Of a DNA stretch of 64,000 nt, positions 42,853 to 64,000 are shown piece by piece. The notes under the pieces were generated by a model. The model was given only the letters and a program-made list of their open reading frames with translations, did not search any database and was not told the origin of the DNA. Origin of the DNA: Salpingoeca rosetta (Eukaryota > Protista > Choanoflagellata); contig JAWQFM010000024.1 in assembly GCA_033442325.1 (NCBI GenBank), forward strand, positions 219,765 to 283,764, written 5' to 3'. Made by a program: the position numbers and the translations under genes. Position 1 is the first letter of the stretch; the number at the start of each line of letters is the position of its first letter.

Positions 42853-44818
42853 ATTCATCATCGGCATCATCGTCGTCTTGGTCGACGTCATTGGCAGAGT
42901 GATCCTCTTGAGCAACATCAACGTCGGTGGGGTGCCTGTTATCATCATCATCATCACCATCATCATCATCACCACCATCACCATCCATGCTGTCGGCAAG
43001 CTCTGTTGAATGAGCCTTGTTGTTTCTCAGCTGCACTGGTCGCCAGTGCTTGTCGAGAAACCCGTTGAGCTGAATGACGTGAAGCACTTCCTCCAGCATT
43101 CTCGCCTCGCTTGCCCGCTTGAGAGCAGTGCGCTGCAGATCAGCCATTGCCCGCTTGATGATGTCGCACAGCACCTTCACACGCGTCTTCTGCACCTGCC
43201 CTCGCGGAATGTCTTTGGACTCCAGCTTGCCAATGAAGTCTGGGGTCTTGCGGAGGTGATTCGCCCTCTGCCGCAACGATCTGTTGTAGAACTCAGTCAA
43301 ATTCAGCGTGGGCGATACGGGGGAAATAAACTTGACGGTCATGCTGCACCGACCGGTCGCAATCCACTCATGCCATAGGTGGAAGCTGTCGCAGGCCTGC
43401 AGCATCTGCGTGGCAGCCTCCGTCGCTCGCTTTCCGTGCTCGGGCGCGCTGTCGATGAGAAACACGATTTTTGTTCCACTGAGTTGAAGGTTTTGGCGCT
43501 TGTGCCAGAGGGTGTGGAGAAGGTTGTTGAGGAAGTCTTTGAAGTGGTCCTGCGTGTAGCTGGCCTTGAGGGCCTTCTTGGTCTTCTTCTGCCCATCTCC
43601 GCCGGTGTTTTGCATCTCTGGTGGGTAGAGCTTGCCGTAAAGAAGCCCGTGCATGTGCGAGACTGCCATGGCCACTTGTGTGCGATAGGACATGGTACTC
43701 ATGGGCAGCACCTCGTGCACGGCGCGATCACCACGCGGCGCCCATCCATAGTTTCTGCCGCTCGCGAGGTAAAACGGCATCTCGTCGATGTAGACGATGT
43801 ACACGTTGTCGTCCAGGAGCAGGTCGTGCAGCTCCTTCGCAAACGCCAGCCGCTTCTGCTTGTTAGCCTCGCTGTTCATTGTCGTTCGAGCTGGAACCAC
43901 TCGCTTTAGGGTGAAGATGTTTCGCTTCAGCGCGCGATACACGCTGCGGGTGCCTTCAATGTGCGTCTTGTCATACACCTCCTTCACCGCAGGGTTCTCA
44001 AGGCACTTGTCACGGTCTAGTGGCCCAAGGAAGACCTTCTCCTCGTCCCGCAACCGTTGCTCTGCGGGCAGCTGCTCCTCCAGGCTGATCATGATTCGGC
44101 GGAGCTTTTCAAGGTTCATGTGGTCTGCAAGCTGGTCTGCGGTCATCGTGCAGTGCTCGTAGACGAGCTCCCTCAGGACTTCCTCGTCCTCAGGGAAAAG
44201 CCTCCTGGGCGTACCTGCCTTCTTCCCCCGCTGGCGCTGTGGTGCTGTGGAGCTGCTTGCTGGCGTCGCATGCGCTTCTTCCAGTCCTTGTTCTTTCCGC
44301 CTTGCGTGGTAAAGCACGGTCTTGACGGTTGCCGGAGGCATGCCAAAGAGGGCTCCAATGCGGCGAGCGTCGGCGCTGCTGCTTTCGCCAGCCTGGATGA
44401 CGAGGTCCTTCTGCATCTGCGTGTAGTGGTTGCGCGGCCGCTTGCGCGGGTTGGGGTCGAAGGGGTTTGCCGTGATCCGCCTCCTGGGCTCACTGTTTTC
44501 CTTGCTTGCCGCTTGCGGCTTCCGCAGCTTGCGAAGTGGTGGCAGGAACGGCAGCCGCTGGGTCTGAGTGGTCACACTCCGCTTGCCCTCGAGCTCCTCC
44601 ACAACCTCGCCAAGATCTGTCGGCTGGTCGGAGGCTGCTGTCAATGAGGGTGAGGGCGAAGCTGCGTGATCAAGGTGCACATCCGTCTCAGACACCGCGG
44701 GTTCTGTGGGCTGCATCATCCCGCCGCTGTGGTGGCCATCATCATGCTGATCAATTGGGTCGGGTTCAGGGTCCCAGAAGTCGCTGTTCAGGTGGCTGTC
44801 AGGGGTGTTGCTGTCCAT
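42851..44818 (-). CDS. DDE transposase (IS630/Tc1-like, DDE_3 type), 655 aa
   Basis: N-terminal HTH-like segments (RKRPRNHYTQMQK...ARRIGALFGMPPATVKTVL; GTPRRLFPEDEEVLRELV). Catalytic motifs VYIDEMPF...YGWAPRG, FLIDSAPEH and ISPVSPTLNLTE. First ATG at 44818. Confidence 0.9.
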
Positions 44819-44936
44819 GATGCTGTGTTGGTACACGAAGACGAAGACGAAGGCGTCAGTGTGACTGTGTGTGAGAAGGGGTTGTGGGTGGCAGTGGTGG
44901 TGGGGAAATGCACATACTATCTGGACGCTGTCTTAC

Positions 44937-45110
44937 TCGCTTGCTGCCAAACGGCAACGGTTTTTGGATTTGTGGCGGGGAAAAATATGGCGCGCTGGTT
45001 CTTGTTGTGGCAATGACGAAATCTTAAACTGAGTGGCACACCTCGACGCAATCAATGGTGGTTCTTGGTGCAACTGCACGGGGCGTTCTTATTGTTTGGC
45101 ATCTCGTTGC
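44937..45110 (-). repeat. Right terminal inverted repeat (174 bp)
   Basis: tcgcttgctgccaaacggcaac...gttcttattgtttggcatctcgttgc. Confidence 0.95.
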
Positions 45111-45349
45111 TGCACTGCTGCGATATTGCATGTGTCATCCAATCAGGAAACGAAATCTGACGACAGCAGCAACAGCGGCAGCAGCAGTTGGTTGCTCACT
45201 CACTCGCAGTTTCATTTCACACAAGTCCATCGCGTGCCACGTCCACACGAACCCCTGAGACACCCCAGCCAGCCAGATACCCAGCGACTCAGCGACAACA
45301 GCCCCCTTTGTTGCCTGCGTGTCAAGCAACCAACCAGAAGAAGCCGAAG

Positions 45350-46141
45350 ATGGTGCTGGAGACCCACCACCATCATCACCAGCAGGATGTTGATGTGGAG
45401 GAGTGGCTTGGCAGCGCCGCCATTGCACGTGTTGCCGCTCTGCCCTACATCTCCCGCGCCGTTGCCGCCGCTGCGCCGTACGTCCCATCCAAGAAGGACT
45501 CGCAGCTTGTTGGCCGCTTCGAGCGCATCTGCTCTTCCCATGCCAAGCCTTTCCTCGAGCGTCACGCTGACAAGCGTACGTGAACATGTGTGTGGGGGGG
45601 GGGCGACTACCTGCGCCCACGCCTGCGCCAACGCCTGAGCATGTGTGCCGCTACGTTGTGCGCGTTGTATTCTGACCTCCACACATACACGCGCGCGCGC
45701 ACACACACACACGTACACACACACACCTCCCGCCACCGCCCTTCCCCCCGTTTTGAACACGCGCAGTGAAGCAGCTTGACGAGTATGCGTGCCAGAAGCT
45801 CGACGCCATGGAGACGGCTGCCACCTCTCTTCGCCAGCGCTTCACCACTGTTCGCGACGAAGTCAACTCCAAGGCTGTCTCCGTGAGTCGCTCAATCAAG
45901 CACAGCGCACAGCACCACGACGACATGCCACTGTGCATGGCCTTTGTGTCTACACCTTGCATTCTATTGGTCGATTGCGCCTTTCAGTGGCCATGCCGCC
46001 TTCAACACACACACTCACATCCACTTGCTCACACCCACTCACACACACACACACACTCTCTCTCTCACGCACACACACACTCACTCACTCACTCACACGC
46101 ACGCACTCTCACACGCACTCACGCACTCACGCACTCACGCA

Positions 46142-46199
<58 letters not shown>

Positions 46200-47019
46200 C
46201 ACACGCACTCACGCACACATGGCAGGTTGAGCGCGTGCTGCTTGCTCCGACGCAGATGATCCTGGACCGTGCCGATGCCTTCCTCGAGGCCATGCAGACT
46301 GACGTCGACTTTGACAACGAACAAGACAACGACAACGACGAGGATGATGCCGAGACCCCTGCCACCACTGCTGCCACTGGCACTACGACTACCACGTCCA
46401 CACTGCCGACGAAGCCTTCGACCCGTCTGGGCTCTGAGACGCGTGAGATTGCCCACCGCACACGCGACCTCTCCCACCGTGTTCAGCTCCTCGCCTATGC
46501 CCGTGCACTTCGCCAACTCCGCAACGCCCAGCGACGCGGCGTCGCCCTCATCCACACCGTCGAACCATACTCCAAGCCAATCGTGCGTTTGGCCATGTGT
46601 GTGTCTGTTTCTGTGTCTGTGTGTGTGTGTGTGTGTCTTGTGTCTGTTTCTGTGTGTGTGTGTGTGTGTGTCGACTTGCCTACCTGCGTCACTGTCTTGC
46701 CTCGCTGTTTCGCCTGCGTCTCTGCGCCTCTGTCTGCAAAATTTCTGTTCTCACCCGGTTCTTGTTTCCCCTCTTCCCATTCATCCCCCCCCCCCCCAAC
46801 TTCAATCTCTCGGAGCAGGTGGAGTATTCAGAGAAGCAGTTTGACAAGTGGATCACCCTGTTCGCCCACCACCACGATGATGATGATGACGACGACAATG
46901 CTGAATTCCAGGATGTGGAAACAGTTTCCCTGACGCAAGCGGTCAGTCAACCGGCGGTGCCGCTCGTCTCCATTGCTGCAGTGCTGCAGTGCTGTGCTCC
47001 ATGAAAGCTTAATCACCAC

Positions 47020-47079
<60 letters not shown>

Positions 47080-47311
47080 GCACACACACGCACACTAACC
47101 CCACCCCACCCCACCCCCACACTTCTTAATATCACCACCACCTCAGATCCGGCGCCCTGTTGAGCGGACGGTGCGTGCTGCGCGTCGTGCGTCCATTGCC
47201 AACATCCACCGCCTTCGCGACGCCATCGCCGCACTCGACGCATCTGCAAAGTCCACAGCCGCCTCTGCCCGCCAGTACCCAGCCGTCCTGACATCAAAGG
47301 GTGCGTGCTTG

Positions 47312-47352
<41 letters not shown>

Positions 47353-47938
47353 TGCTCTGTCTCTGTGTGTGTGTGTGTGTACTTGCTCTGTGTGTGTGTG
47401 TTTATTTGTCTGTCTGTGTGTGCCAATGCGCACGTCGTCATTGTTGCGTCGTGTAAACTGATGTTCGCCTTTCCCCATCCCTGTGCCCCGTGGTCAGCTG
47501 GTGACCTCGTGTGCTCCGCCAAGCAGACGCGTGTGTATTCGCAGCTGATGACGCAACTCGACGCCATCAAGCGCAACCGTCGCGTCGTCACCCTCAGCGA
47601 GGTGCGCTCACACACGCACACGCACACGCACACGCACACGCACACGCACACGCACACCTTCAACTGCTCCTGTGCGCCTGCACAATGAATGGCTCACTCA
47701 CTCACTCACTCGTACGCAAACTCACATGTACAACTCCACGCCATACCATCTCCACGCCACCAGAAGCTTGTGTCGTACCTTGAGCTGCTTGGCATCACCA
47801 TCCCGCAGCGCGTCCTGCGTCTGATGCCCGGGAGCCACAGCCGTCGCCGTGAGGAGCAGGTGCAAGTCAACCTCACATACGCACAGGTGGCCCGCGCTGG
47901 GGATGGCGATGATGATGACGACGACAGTGGCGACGACG

Positions 47939-47972
<34 letters not shown>

Positions 47973-48117
47973 GCATCATCAGCATCATCAGCATCATCAT
48001 CATCATCATCATCATGGTGACACGGATGACTCTGACACCAGCGGTGATGATGACGGTGACGAAAAGGACGAGGATGATGGTGGTAAGGACGAGCCGAATG
48101 AGGAGGATGACAACTGA
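45350..48117 (+). CDS. Perilipin/PAT-family lipid-droplet protein-like; seven exons; His/Asp-rich tail
   Basis: Exons 45350-45575, 45767-45882, 46226-46582, 46819-46941, 47147-47300, 47498-47601 and 47764-48117 join in frame. PAT-like motifs ARVAALPYIS and AKPFLERHADKLKQLDEYACQKLDAME; bundle-like motif LSHRVQLLAYARALRQLRNAQRRG. Confidence 0.7.
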
Positions 48118-49175
48118 ACCTGCTGGCTGGTGACGACACATGATTGTCGTCAAACTCCAGCAGCAATTCTCTGTCTTCCTGTCAAGTCTTTGACTGGGCC
48201 TTCCCCCTCCACGTCCCACCTCCACACCTCACCTCTTTCACTGTCGCACATGCGTGCACATCCCACATACACCCCACCGTCCTGTGGTGTTTGTTGGAGA
48301 CACATGTATGTCATTGTTGCTTTTTCCCCTCTTTCTTTCTTTCCCTTGTTCCCTTTTCAAGTTTCTCTTCCCTGCTTGTGCTGGTGACCAAAGGATGCTT
48401 TTGTGATGGCGTGATTTGTGTCTCACCTGCTCTTGATACGCACCTTCACACGTCATGCCTCGCTACCACACCTACGTCACGTTGAGCCATCAAACCCCTC
48501 TCTGACATGCACCTCCTCTTCTCCCCTCTTTTCCTGCCTGTTGGTTTGTTTGCTTTCTTTTTCCCTCCTTCCCTTTCTTTCCTTCCTCCGCTGTGTTGCG
48601 TCCCTTCTTCCCTCGTTCATCCACACCAATACACACGCGACCACGAACAGTGTCAGCAGCTTGGTGTAGTAGTAAAGTGGACGTGTGAGCACATGGCAGG
48701 GTAACAGAACGGCACGGCGAAGGGAGAAAGGGAGACATGTGGCGCGGTCAGAAGTCGTGTGGTAGGAGCAACGGCCATGCAACAGGACACCGTGGTGAAG
48801 GGTGCATGCATGCAAACAAGAGAGGCGGTAACAAGCGGGGTACAACACAGTGCTATGAAACAAACGAACAATTGCGCACGGGGATGCGCGTTGAGAAAAC
48901 AAATTGGGGGACCAAACATGGGTACAAACACACGCACACACAGCATAATCCACAGACGGCACAATCAACAAACGCAACAATACATGCGCGCACACAGCGC
49001 ATCAAAGGGAAGGATACAACAACATGCTATGGACAAACACAGAGAAAAAAAATGAACTGGCAAATGCAGTGAAACTGCATAACGCAACACGCGGTCTGCA
49101 GGCAAGGACACGGGGGTGATAAGAGGCATTGCTGTTCGCAATGCGCGAAGGAACAAGGACGAAAGCGGTGTGTGT

Positions 49176-64000
<14,825 letters not shown>

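Larger units (their letters stand above)
42518..45110 (-). mobile_element. DNA transposon, IS630-Tc1-mariner superfamily, 2593 bp, with perfect 174-bp terminal inverted repeats
   Basis: 42518-42691 is the exact reverse complement of 44937-45110 (compared by eye), enclosing an intact intronless transposase ORF. Confidence 0.93.

Noticed and set aside
42851-44818. Fanzor/TnpB RNA-guided nuclease associated with the IS630-like element
   Set aside because: The single ORF is accounted for by HTH and DDE motifs. I see no RuvC or zinc-finger motifs, and there is no room for a second ORF between the TIRs.
42323-45638. ORFs 42323-42595(-) and 45033-45638(+) sharing the N-terminus MAHLDAINGGSWCNCTG
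   Set aside because: The shared sequence is simply the TIR read outward at both ends; there is no other coding evidence.

Overview
Eukaryotic, intron-rich, (GT)n/(CA)n microsatellite-rich genomic DNA. Gene content and intron style suggest a choanoflagellate such as Salpingoeca rosetta; this is an inference, not a database result. Most ORFs in the supplied track are microsatellite artefacts, so I assembled the real genes by hand from GT-AG exons. Left to right: an intronless ZIP-family metal transporter (+); a TYW4/LCMT2-Kelch-JmjC(TYW5) fusion (-); a secreted GH78 alpha-L-rhamnosidase with inserted SUEL lectin domain(s) (+); a small DUF2103-like gene (-); a CDK10-like kinase (+); a cathepsin-L-like protein lacking its catalytic Cys (+); an EFCAB11-like EF-hand protein (-); a TCAF/M60-like metallopeptidase (+); a HAD phosphatase (-); Snf7/CHMP4 (+); VAP (+); a 2.6-kb DNA transposon with perfect 174-bp TIRs and an IS630/Tc1-type transposase with an unusual DD52E triad (-); a perilipin-like gene (+); and the 3' part (>14.8 kb) of a giant single-pass receptor (-). 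The receptor has Ig-like repeats, Cys-rich repeats, a His-less SOD-fold insert, a mucin stalk, a SEA-like GSIVV domain, a TM helix, a Tyr motif and a coiled coil. The strongest leads are the DD52E transposon, the polarised complementary GU...CA repeat architecture of the introns, the perilipin homolog, and the dead SOD domain nested in the receptor.
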